64,000 nucleotides of DNA from positions 39,887 to 103,886 of the forward strand of contig JAHEJM010000003.1 of the NCBI GenBank assembly GCA_024638815.1, in the 5' to 3' direction. Positions within the stretch are counted from its first letter, which is position 1, and the number at the start of each line of letters is the position of its first letter. Source of the DNA: Acidimicrobiales bacterium. GTDB lineage: Bacteria; Actinomycetota; Acidimicrobiia; Acidimicrobiales; SZUA-35. The translations under genes and the position numbers were made by a program. Under the pieces are notes generated by a model, which was given only the letters and a program-made list of their open reading frames with translations, did no database searches and was not told the origin of the DNA. Shown piece by piece: positions 34,855 through 43,250 of this stretch.

Positions 34855-35412
34855 GTGGCGTTTCCCATGTCCCACACGATCGACGATCTGGAGCAACAAG
34901 CCCGCCGGGGTGAGGCGGTGGCGTTCGGGCAGCTGGCGCGGCTGCACAACCGTGATCTTCGCAACGTCGTGTGGTCGGTGGTGCGTTCCCCAAACTTGAT
35001 CGACGACGTCATGCAGAACAGCTACGAGCGGGCCTTTCGGAACATCGCCTCGTTCGACGGCCGCTCCTCCATGAAGACCTGGCTGAGCACCATCTGCTAC
35101 CGAACCGCCATCGACCATGTCCGTTATGAAGGGCGCCGGCGCCATCCGTCGATCGACGACGTCGACGCCCCGTTCCGGCACGACGGCTCGCTTGGGTCCG
35201 GAGGGGACCTGGCGGCAAGGGTGGCCGACCGAGACCAACTGGCCCGGGCCCTGACCCGACTTTCCCCCGACGACGCCTCGATTCTGACCATGACGGCCGG
35301 TCTCGGGTATTCCTACGACGAGGTGGCAACCATCATGCACCTGCCCAGAGGAACGGTGGCGTCGCGGGCAAGTCGGGCCCGCAGGCGCCTGCAACAGGAG
35401 CTGCAATCATGA
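34855..35412 (+). CDS. ECF RNA polymerase sigma factor
   Basis: Region 2: FGQLARLHNRDLRNVVWSVV...DDVMQNSYERAFR. Region 4: LGYSYDEVATIMHLPRGTVASRASRARRRL. Confidence 0.85.
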   Translation: MAFPMSHTIDDLEQQARRGEAVAFGQLARLHNRDLRNVVWSVVRSPNLIDDVMQNSYERAFRNIASFDGRSSMKTWLSTICYRTAIDHVRYEGRRRHPSIDDVDAPFRHDGSLGSGGDLAARVADRDQLARALTRLSPDDASILTMTAGLGYSYDEVATIMHLPRGTVASRASRARRRLQQELQS

Positions 35413-36956
35413 CCGACGAACACCTTGATCCCGAGATGGACCCGATCCCGGAACTGGGGGATATGGCTCCGGAGCCCGGACCCGACTACTGGACCGCCAT
35501 CGATGCCCGCCTGGCCGCGGTCGAGGCCGAGCGGGGTTCGGTCGGTACCGATGAGATTTCGACCGAAGGGCCCGACGACCGGGATACCGACTTCGCCGTC
35601 ATCCGTCTGGATGACATGAGGAACACATCGAATGACACTGCGACCAACAACAACAACGAGTGGCGGCTGAGGAGGCAGTCGATCCTGGCTATCGCCGCCG
35701 CAGTACTGCTGATCCTGCTCGGAGGAGCAGCGCTTGCCACCGTGCTGGACGGGGACGACGGCGACGGGATGACCGTCGAGACCGCCGACGACGACACCAT
35801 GGATGACACGGCGGATGATGCCACGGATGACGCCACGGATGACATAGTGGACGATGCGGTGGACGGGGACGGCGACAGCAGGGAATCCCAGGACGGTTCC
35901 GGCGATGCCATCGACACCGACACCGGTGACACCGACGACCCCACCGCCCTCCCCACCGGCGCAGCGTGCTTCGTGGGTGACGGCGTGGTGCAGGTGCTCG
36001 ACATCGCCGACGACGGTACGATCCGGGCCGCTGTGTCCGCCACCGACGGCTCGCTCGACTACACCGGGGTGGGCTCTCGTAACCCCGAGTCCGGCGTCGT
36101 GGTCATGAGGTTCGAGGACGCCACCGGCGACACCTACCACAACCTGTGGCAGCTGACCCCGAACTCGCTGACCATGGGTGAAGGCGATCAGGGCTCGACA
36201 CTGACCGATTGCGCCGACGTCCCCCGGGCCGCTGAGCTGTACGGCACTCTTTCGACGCTGGATCCGAGACCGGATCCGTTCGTGCCGGTGCTCGACGACG
36301 CAACAACGTCGTGCTGGACGAAGGCGGATGACTCCCTGCCCATCGACGACTTCATCGAACTCGTCAACCAGGACGACGTCGAGTTCGTGCGGCTCCTGAG
36401 CTACGGCCTGGGCGACGACGGCTTCGTCGAGGTCATCCGAGAAGGAACCGGACACTTCGTCTCCGACAACGAGGTGGTGCTCGATGTCGCAACCTGGACT
36501 CGGGGCGGGGGCATCAACCGACAGACCGATATCTACGCGATCAATGAGGACGGTTCGATCTATCCCCGTCCCTACACCGAGTTTGTCAGCGTTCCCGTTG
36601 ACTGTGACGTACTGAACGCCCAGGTCCGACCCGGTCTTGCCGGATTCGACATCGGTGTCGACACGAGCATCGAGTTGGCCCCCGGGGCGTCGATGGGCTT
36701 CGTGGAGGACGCCGTGGTGTTGGGTACCAGGAACGTGCATCGCGTCGGCGCCAATGCCGGGCAGTTTGCCATCATCGACATCGTGTCGGTCGAGGACAAT
36801 GCCGTCTTCGATCTGATCGGACCCAATGGTGAGTGGATTCTCCGGGAGGAGACGGAGGCTTCCCTGCAGATCCCACTCACCGGTGAGTACAGCATCTTGG
36901 TCGGCGGCACCAGAGGAAATGCATCCTACACGCTGAACCTCGAGATCACCGGCTAG
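35409..36956 (+). CDS. Putative membrane-anchored anti-sigma-like protein with an extremely Asp-rich juxtamembrane region and a ~330-aa extracytoplasmic domain
   Basis: ATGA overlap with the sigma gene. Single TM segment (ILAIAAAVLLILLGGAALATVL), followed by DGDDGDGMTVETADDDTMDDTADDATDDATDDIVDDAVDGDGDS. No ZAS HxxxCxxC motif. Confidence 0.6.
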   Translation: MTDEHLDPEMDPIPELGDMAPEPGPDYWTAIDARLAAVEAERGSVGTDEISTEGPDDRDTDFAVIRLDDMRNTSNDTATNNNNEWRLRRQSILAIAAAVLLILLGGAALATVLDGDDGDGMTVETADDDTMDDTADDATDDATDDIVDDAVDGDGDSRESQDGSGDAIDTDTGDTDDPTALPTGAACFVGDGVVQVLDIADDGTIRAAVSATDGSLDYTGVGSRNPESGVVVMRFEDATGDTYHNLWQLTPNSLTMGEGDQGSTLTDCADVPRAAELYGTLSTLDPRPDPFVPVLDDATTSCWTKADDSLPIDDFIELVNQDDVEFVRLLSYGLGDDGFVEVIREGTGHFVSDNEVVLDVATWTRGGGINRQTDIYAINEDGSIYPRPYTEFVSVPVDCDVLNAQVRPGLAGFDIGVDTSIELAPGASMGFVEDAVVLGTRNVHRVGANAGQFAIIDIVSVEDNAVFDLIGPNGEWILREETEASLQIPLTGEYSILVGGTRGNASYTLNLEITG

Positions 36957-37149
36957 CACTCGTCCTCGGCCAGCACCACCAGGCTAATGCGGTGGAGGCC
37001 GAGTCGGTTGAAGCCGTACCCGCTTCCTCCCCAGCTCGGCCCGGCAAACTATCGCAACAAGTTCGTCTTGCCTGCCCTCATTCTGTCATACCCGACACTT
37101 CCAATTTTTGCCCTTTAGTGGAGATCGTCAAGAGTTGATTTCCAAACGC

Positions 37150-38457
37150 ATGTTTGCTACAGTGGAGGTGTCTTCCCCACAGAAACAAGCTACTTGGCCC
37201 GGTCGGGTCGGTGGGGTTATGGACCAACTTGCTGCAACGGCATCTTCACACGAGGTTGTGACAACGACGTTGGTGTTGTTGCCGGCCGAGGTGTCCGGGT
37301 TGGATGTCAGCGGGTTGTCGGCTGATGGTGTTGTCGGGTTGGTGGCCACCGTTCGTGACGCCCAGCGAGCCTTGGACGGGTTGGTGGTGCGGTTGGGGTT
37401 GCGGGCCGATGAGCTGTCGTCCGCTGGTGAGGGCGGTGATGCCCGTGAGGTGCTGGTTCGGGGAGTGCGAGCTTCGACGGCCCGGCGAGAGGCGGGCCGG
37501 GTTCGAGCAGGGGCCCGGTGGCCGTCGGTCGCGTCGGCCTTGAGTAGCGGTGCGATCTCGGCCGATCACGTCGATTCGCTGGTCCGCCGACTCTCAGGGT
37601 TGTCCGACGAGCAGCATGCCACGATTGAGGTTGAGGAGTTGGTTGCGCAGGCGTGTCGGCTACCTGCCGATACCTTCGACGCAGTCGTCAAACGGGCCGT
37701 CGATGACGCAAGGGCCGACGGTGGGCTTGGTGACACCGAACAGCGGCGGGCGGCGTCGGAGCTCCGCCATTGGTACGACGAAGCCGACGGGATGGGCCGG
37801 TTCCGCGGAGCGCTGGACGCCGAACGTTATGAAAGCTTGGTGGCCGCCATCGAAGAGCAGATGAACTCGATCGCCTCCCAGCAATCCGATCCCGTCACAA
37901 AGGACGCCAACCTCGCCGCCCGGGCACTGCACGAACTCGTGACCGGCAACTCTGGCGGTGGACGACCGGTCCCGGCGGCCGGGTTTGTCATCGACTACCA
38001 GACCCTGACCGACGGCCGCCACCACGACACGGTGTGCGAAACCGTCGACGGCCGTGACCTAACGGCCGAATCGGTGGGGCGCATGATGTGCGATGCCGTA
38101 CTACGGCGCATTGTGTTGGACGAACGGGGTGTACCCCTCAACGTGGGACGCCGCTACCGCACCGCCACCGATGCCCAGTGGGCCGCAGCGAAGGCAATCT
38201 ACTCCACCTGTGGGTGGGACCACTGTGACCGGCCCATCACCTGGTGCCAGCTCCACCACATCCACCACTGGGAGAATGGTGGCCGCACCGACCTCTGCCA
38301 GATGGTCCCCCTTTGTGGCCATCACCACCATCTGGTCCACGAAGGCGGCTGGACGATCCGGTTGTTTGACGATCGGAGCCTGGAGATCCGACGACCCGAT
38401 GGCCAACTCCACGCAATCACCCCTCGCCCGACCAGGAAGACGGTGCAACGTGAGTAG
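37150..38457 (+). CDS. DUF222-type HNH endonuclease (13E12-repeat-like family)
   Basis: C-terminal region: CGWDHCDRPITWCQLHHIHHWENGGRTDLCQMVPLCGHHHHLVHEGGW. The likely start is ATG 37150 (MFATVEV); the ORF-track start is 37108. AT-rich upstream region. Confidence 0.8.
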   Translation: MFATVEVSSPQKQATWPGRVGGVMDQLAATASSHEVVTTTLVLLPAEVSGLDVSGLSADGVVGLVATVRDAQRALDGLVVRLGLRADELSSAGEGGDAREVLVRGVRASTARREAGRVRAGARWPSVASALSSGAISADHVDSLVRRLSGLSDEQHATIEVEELVAQACRLPADTFDAVVKRAVDDARADGGLGDTEQRRAASELRHWYDEADGMGRFRGALDAERYESLVAAIEEQMNSIASQQSDPVTKDANLAARALHELVTGNSGGGRPVPAAGFVIDYQTLTDGRHHDTVCETVDGRDLTAESVGRMMCDAVLRRIVLDERGVPLNVGRRYRTATDAQWAAAKAIYSTCGWDHCDRPITWCQLHHIHHWENGGRTDLCQMVPLCGHHHHLVHEGGWTIRLFDDRSLEIRRPDGQLHAITPRPTRKTVQRE

Positions 38458-38482
38458 CCTGCGGCGACTCGATGAGGCGGGC

Positions 38483-39913
38483 CTACCGCAGGGAGATACC
38501 GGCGACCTTGGTTTCGAGGTATTCGTCCAGGCCCTCGTGCCCGCCCTCGCGCCCGAGTCCGGAGTCCTTCATGCCCCCGAAGGGCACGGTGGCCGAGGTC
38601 GGGTTGACGTCATTGATGCCGATGATGCCGAATCGCAAGGCTTCGAACGCACCGATGGCGGTCTTCATGGAGTCGGTGTAGACGTAGGCGGCCAGGCCGT
38701 AGTGGGTGTCATTGGCCAGCTCTATCACCTCGTTGACATCGTCGTACACCACCACCGGCGCCACCGGGCCGAACGTCTCCTCCCGGTACACCGTCATCTC
38801 CGGGGTCACCTCGGTCAGCACGGTGGGAGCGTAGAAGAAGCCCTTGTCCAGGCTGTTCTCGGTGAGCCGGTGCCCGCCCACCGGGACGCCGGCCCCTTTC
38901 GAGCGGGCATCCTCCACCTGGGCCGCCACCTTGTCCACGGCGGCATCGTTGACCAGGGGACCCACCCCGACTCCCTCGTCCATACCATTGCCGGCCACCA
39001 GCCCCGCCACCCGTTTGGTCAACATGTTGACGAAGGCATCGGCGGCGTCTCGGTGCACGTACAGCCGGTTGGGGCTGATACAGGCCTGACCCGAATTCAG
39101 GAACTTGAGCGCAGCCGCTCCCTTGGCCGCATTCTCCGGATCGGCGTCGGGGTAGACGATGAACGGGGCGTGACCACCCAGTTCCACCGACACCCGTTGC
39201 AGCGAGGCCCCGGCCGCCGCCGCCAGCTTGCGGCCGACCGCCGTAGACCCGGTGAAGGTCAGCTTGCGAACCCGAGGATCGGTGGTGAAGACCTCACCGA
39301 TCGGCGCCGGATCGTTGGCCGTTACCAGGTTGATGACGCCCGGGGGCACACCGGCGTCGGTGAAGACTTCGTACACCGTCTTGGCGCACAGGGGCGTGGC
39401 CTCGGCCGGCTTCAACACCATCGTGCAGCCGGCGGCCAGAGCCGGCGCCATCTTCCGGGTGAGCATCGAGATGGGGTAGTTCCACGGGGTCACCGCCGCC
39501 ACCACACCCACCGGCTGGCGGACCGACAGGAACCGTTGATCGGGCCGTCCCGAGGGCAGCCACTGGCCACTCAGCCGCCGGGCCTCCTCGGCGAACCAAC
39601 GGATGAAGTCGGCTGCGTATCCCACCTCGAAGCGGGCCGCCTTCAGCGGCTTGCCCTGCTCGGTGGTCATGAGCCTGGCCAGTTCCTCGGCTCTCTCGTT
39701 CATCAGCTCCCACGCCTTCATGAGCACATCGGCCCGATGGAAGGCCGTCGTCGTCGACCACGGGGCGAAGGCATCGTCGGCGGCGGCGACGGCGTCCCGG
39801 GCATCGTCGGCGCCACCATCGGGCATGTGGCCGATCACCTCGCCGGTAGCCGGGTTTGTTACCTCGAAGGTGGCCCCGGAACGGGCCTCGATCCACTCTC
39901 CGGCGATGAACAT
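38483..39913 (-). CDS. NAD(P)-dependent aldehyde dehydrogenase (succinate-semialdehyde dehydrogenase-like)
   Basis: 476 aa. VSVELGGHAPFIV (catalytic Glu) and FLNSGQACISPNRLYV (catalytic Cys). Confidence 0.85.
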   Translation of the reverse strand: MFIAGEWIEARSGATFEVTNPATGEVIGHMPDGGADDARDAVAAADDAFAPWSTTTAFHRADVLMKAWELMNERAEELARLMTTEQGKPLKAARFEVGYAADFIRWFAEEARRLSGQWLPSGRPDQRFLSVRQPVGVVAAVTPWNYPISMLTRKMAPALAAGCTMVLKPAEATPLCAKTVYEVFTDAGVPPGVINLVTANDPAPIGEVFTTDPRVRKLTFTGSTAVGRKLAAAAGASLQRVSVELGGHAPFIVYPDADPENAAKGAAALKFLNSGQACISPNRLYVHRDAADAFVNMLTKRVAGLVAGNGMDEGVGVGPLVNDAAVDKVAAQVEDARSKGAGVPVGGHRLTENSLDKGFFYAPTVLTEVTPEMTVYREETFGPVAPVVVYDDVNEVIELANDTHYGLAAYVYTDSMKTAIGAFEALRFGIIGINDVNPTSATVPFGGMKDSGLGREGGHEGLDEYLETKVAGISLR

Positions 39914-39923
39914 GGGGCTGAGC

Positions 39924-40595
39924 CTACGTTGTCCCGTCCCCGAAGTCGAAGTCAGGAGGAAAGGCGCTCAGGTCGACCTCATGATCGGCCGGCGTCGGCT
40001 TCGGCGGGTCGGCCAACAGTCTCGACACCAGTAGTCCGGCCAGCACGCCGAACAGGTGGCCCTCCCACGAGATCCCGTCCTGGGGCACCAGGCCCGCGAT
40101 CAGCCCGTAGTACAGCAGCACCGCCACCAGGGCCGGGGCGATGGCGGCCGGTCGTCGTTCGAAAAAGGCCGCCCCCAGCAGGGCGCCGAAATAGCCGAAC
40201 ACCACACCGCTCGCCCCGATGTGGTTGCCGCTTCCGGCCAGAAGCCAGGTCAGGAACCCGCCGACCACGATCGCCACCGCGGTCACGGTCAACCACCGGC
40301 CCCGGCCACGGATGGCGACCAGGCCCCCCAGGGCCAGCAGTGGCGCTGAGTTCGAGAACACGTGACCCCAGTCGCTGTGGAGGAACGGCGCCCAGAGGAT
40401 GCCGTCCAGGCCGTCGGTGTCCCGGGGCTGGATGCCGTTTCGCTGGAGCCGGCTCCCGAGAACGAAGGTGTCGACGATCTCGATCAACCAGATCACCACC
40501 ACATAGGCCACGATCAGGCCGATGGCCGACGTCAGCACTCGCCCAAGCCGGCTACGAGCCGGTGAGCGGCCGGGGTCGACCCCGCCCTCGAGCAC
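39924..40595 (-). CDS. Rhomboid-family intramembrane serine protease
   Basis: HSDWGHVFSNS, GASGVVFGYFGALL (GxSG) and HLFGVLAGLL (catalytic His). Confidence 0.85.
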   Translation of the reverse strand: MLEGGVDPGRSPARSRLGRVLTSAIGLIVAYVVVIWLIEIVDTFVLGSRLQRNGIQPRDTDGLDGILWAPFLHSDWGHVFSNSAPLLALGGLVAIRGRGRWLTVTAVAIVVGGFLTWLLAGSGNHIGASGVVFGYFGALLGAAFFERRPAAIAPALVAVLLYYGLIAGLVPQDGISWEGHLFGVLAGLLVSRLLADPPKPTPADHEVDLSAFPPDFDFGDGTT

Positions 40596-40596
40596 G

Positions 40597-41499
40597 CTAC
40601 TCGTCCCTCCGACGCTGTTCCCGGTAACGGCGGATGATCACGGTGGCGTCTTGACGGTTGTCGCCGGCGGCCTGGCTGTCGGCCAGATAGCGGGACGTCA
40701 TCTCGGTCAGCGGGGTGGGGGCTCCAAGGCTGGCAGCCTCGTCCCGCACCAGCCCGAGGTCCTTGACCATCCAGTCGACGGCGAAGCCGAAATCGAACTC
40801 GTCATCGAGCATCGTCTCGCCCCGATTGGACAAGTACCACGAGTTGGCCGCTCCCTGGGTGACGGCCTGGAACACCAGCTTCATGTCGAGCCCGGCCTGT
40901 TCGCCGAAAGCCAAGGCCTCGGCCGCCCCCTGGATGGCACCGGCGCACAGGATCTGGTTGACCATCTTGGTCGTCTGGCCCGATCCGGCCGGCCCTATCA
41001 GGGTGATGGCCTTGGCATAGGCGTCGATCAGCGGAGCCACCTTGTCGAAGTCGGCCTGCTCCCCTCCGCACATCACGCTGAGCTGTCCGTTCTCGGCTCC
41101 GGCCTGACCCCCGGAGATCGGGGCATCGACGAATCCGACCCCGACCTCGGCGCACGCCGCAGCCAGCTCCCGGGCCAGGGCGGCCGACGCCGTGGTGTGA
41201 TCGACGATCACGGCTCCCGGTTCCAGCGACCCGAGCACACCGTCGTCGCCGTACACCACCGAACGAACGTCGTCATCACCGCCGACGCAGATGAACACGG
41301 CGTCGGCACCCCGGGCCGCGTCGGCCGGAGTGGCGTGGGCCGAGGCATGCTCGCCTCCGTCAGTGTCCAGCCATTTCCGGGCGGTGGACTCGGTGCGGTT
41401 GTAGACCCGCACCCGGTGCCCGGCGTCGACCAGGTGGCCGGCCATGGGAAAACCCATGTTGCCCAGCCCGAGAAAGGCGCACACAGTGGATTCAGCCAT
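40597..41499 (-). CDS. NAD(P)-dependent 3-hydroxyisobutyrate dehydrogenase-like oxidoreductase
   Basis: N-terminal Rossmann motif AFLGLGNMGFPMAGHL. SGGQAGAENGQLSVMCGG is typical of this family. Confidence 0.85.
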   Translation of the reverse strand: MAESTVCAFLGLGNMGFPMAGHLVDAGHRVRVYNRTESTARKWLDTDGGEHASAHATPADAARGADAVFICVGGDDDVRSVVYGDDGVLGSLEPGAVIVDHTTASAALARELAAACAEVGVGFVDAPISGGQAGAENGQLSVMCGGEQADFDKVAPLIDAYAKAITLIGPAGSGQTTKMVNQILCAGAIQGAAEALAFGEQAGLDMKLVFQAVTQGAANSWYLSNRGETMLDDEFDFGFAVDWMVKDLGLVRDEAASLGAPTPLTEMTSRYLADSQAAGDNRQDATVIIRRYREQRRRDE

Positions 41500-41516
41500 G
41501 GTTCAACTCCATGGTT

Positions 41517-42554
41517 TCAGACTACCGGGGCGCAGCTCCCGGCCTGAAGCACGACCACCACTTCCTCGGCGCCGTTGACAATCACATACAGGGCCTCATA
41601 CAGGCCGGCGTCGTCGCCGCCGGTCACTTCGAACGGCAGATAGGCGATCACCTCCACCTCGTCACCGGCGAAGAGCGACTCATCGGAGGGGAAGTCCTCC
41701 AGGCAGTTCGCCGTTGCCTCGTCCCGCCATGGCAGCTCGAGATCGCCCACCATCTCCTCTCCGGTGGGCAAACGGTTGTACTCGGCCACCGGCTCGTCGG
41801 GGAAGAACCCGGATTCGGGCAGATCGCGGAGGATCCGCTCGGCGTCGGGTTCCGCTGCGTCCTCCTCCGACTCCTCGAGAGCCAACGACTCCTCGGCGTC
41901 GGCCGCCACGTCGGCATCATCGGCGACGGCTTCGTCGGCGGCCGGGGCTCCGCCGCCGTCCGGATCGGCCAGGTTCTCCGCCGTCCCATCTCCGGCGGCC
42001 TCACCGCCTGCCGACTCGCCGGCCATCTCGGTCTGGGCCATGTCGGTCTGGGCCATGTCGGCTGCGTCGGCGCCGGCGCCGGCCGACGGAGCGGCCTCGG
42101 CCGCCTCGGTGGCGGTCTCGGTGCTGGTATCGGCCGTGGCCATCTCGGCCTCCTCGCTGCCACCGATCTGGTTGATCAGCGCCACTGATCCGACACCGAC
42201 CACCAGCACGGCGGCGGCCGACGTCAACCACCGCAGGCGGCCGGCTCGTTCCTCCCGTACCCGGCGTCGCTCCGTCAGATCGACGACCGGCTCGGCCCCG
42301 GGCGCCGGCTCGTCGGTCTCCCCCCGGTCATCCCCAACCGGGGTCGAACCGGGCCGGTAAACGGCCATGGCGCGGGCCAGCTGGGCCTGGGCCAGTCCGG
42401 GCGGAGTCGCCGGCGCCGTCACCCCGACCGACCGCAGCAGCTCAACCCGGGCTCGCAGTTCGGGGTCGGCCTCGACCTGGGCCACCTCGTCCGGGGTGGC
42501 CTCGCCGTCCAGGTAGCCGGACGCCAAGAGGTCGAGCTCGTCGTTGGTCATCAT
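41517..42554 (-). CDS. Membrane-anchored anti-sigma factor (non-ZAS)
   Basis: ATGA overlap with the upstream ECF sigma. N-terminal LLASGYLDGEATPDEVAQVEADPELRARVELLRS. Single TM segment LTSAAAVLVVGVGSVALI. Acidic Ala/Asp/Glu-rich extracytoplasmic region. Confidence 0.7.
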   Translation of the reverse strand: MMTNDELDLLASGYLDGEATPDEVAQVEADPELRARVELLRSVGVTAPATPPGLAQAQLARAMAVYRPGSTPVGDDRGETDEPAPGAEPVVDLTERRRVREERAGRLRWLTSAAAVLVVGVGSVALINQIGGSEEAEMATADTSTETATEAAEAAPSAGAGADAADMAQTDMAQTEMAGESAGGEAAGDGTAENLADPDGGGAPAADEAVADDADVAADAEESLALEESEEDAAEPDAERILRDLPESGFFPDEPVAEYNRLPTGEEMVGDLELPWRDEATANCLEDFPSDESLFAGDEVEVIAYLPFEVTGGDDAGLYEALYVIVNGAEEVVVVLQAGSCAPVV

Positions 42555-43180
42555 GGTTTACGACGTTCGTCGGAGGGCTTCTGGTTCCCGCCGGCACCGG
42601 ATTTCCGGCTGCGGGGCTGGGTTTGGTCGCCCTCACCCAGAAGTTCGGTCAGCTGCCGCCGGCCCCGGGCGATCCGGGAACGCACGGTGCCGGGGGGAAT
42701 GTCGAGGGTGGCCGCGATCTCGGCGTAGTCCAAACCGCCGACGTCCCGGAGCACCACCGGTAGGCGAAACTCCTCCGGCAGTTGGGCCAGGGCGTGATCG
42801 AGGTGGTCGCTGTCCACCACCCGATCGTCGAGCCACGGTCCATCGCCGATGGCCTCGGGGGTCTCGGCCACGGCCAGCGGTCGGCGTTTGCGTCGCCGCA
42901 ACTCGTCCAGGCAGGCGTTGGTGGCCACCCGATAGCTCCAGGTCTTGAACGCGGCCCGTCCGTCGTAGCGGGGCAACCCCCGCACGATCGACATCAACGC
43001 CTCCTGGCAGCCGTCGGCGGCGTCGGCGTCGTTGCCGGCCACCCGGCGGCAGATGGCGTACAACCGGTCGTAGTGTCGGCTCAACAACGCCTGCATGGCG
43101 TCGGCTCCACCGGGCGCGTCGGACTGGGCCAGGGCTACCAGCTCCTCATCCGACTTCGAGCCGAGCATGAGCCGCAGCAT
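42551..43180 (-). CDS. ECF RNA polymerase sigma factor
   Basis: Region 2: AMQALLSRHYDRLYAICRRV...DGCQEALMSIVR. Region 4: VGGLDYAEIAATLDIPPGTVRSRIARGRRQL. Confidence 0.9.
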   Translation of the reverse strand: MLRLMLGSKSDEELVALAQSDAPGGADAMQALLSRHYDRLYAICRRVAGNDADAADGCQEALMSIVRGLPRYDGRAAFKTWSYRVATNACLDELRRRKRRPLAVAETPEAIGDGPWLDDRVVDSDHLDHALAQLPEEFRLPVVLRDVGGLDYAEIAATLDIPPGTVRSRIARGRRQLTELLGEGDQTQPRSRKSGAGGNQKPSDERRKP

Positions 43181-43250
43181 AGATGGCGGAACCCGTCGAT
43201 CGTGGGGATAACCGCCGATTCCGCCCGGAATCGAGGGCGATCTCGCCGGA

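Noticed and set aside
36953-37048. Minus-strand 31-codon fragment FAGPSWGGSGYGFNRLGLHRISLVVLAEDEC that resembles a GNAT C-terminal block. It might mark a gene disrupted by the HNH element.
   Set aside because: It is too short and degenerate to support. It is bounded by stops on both sides, so only a database search could validate it.
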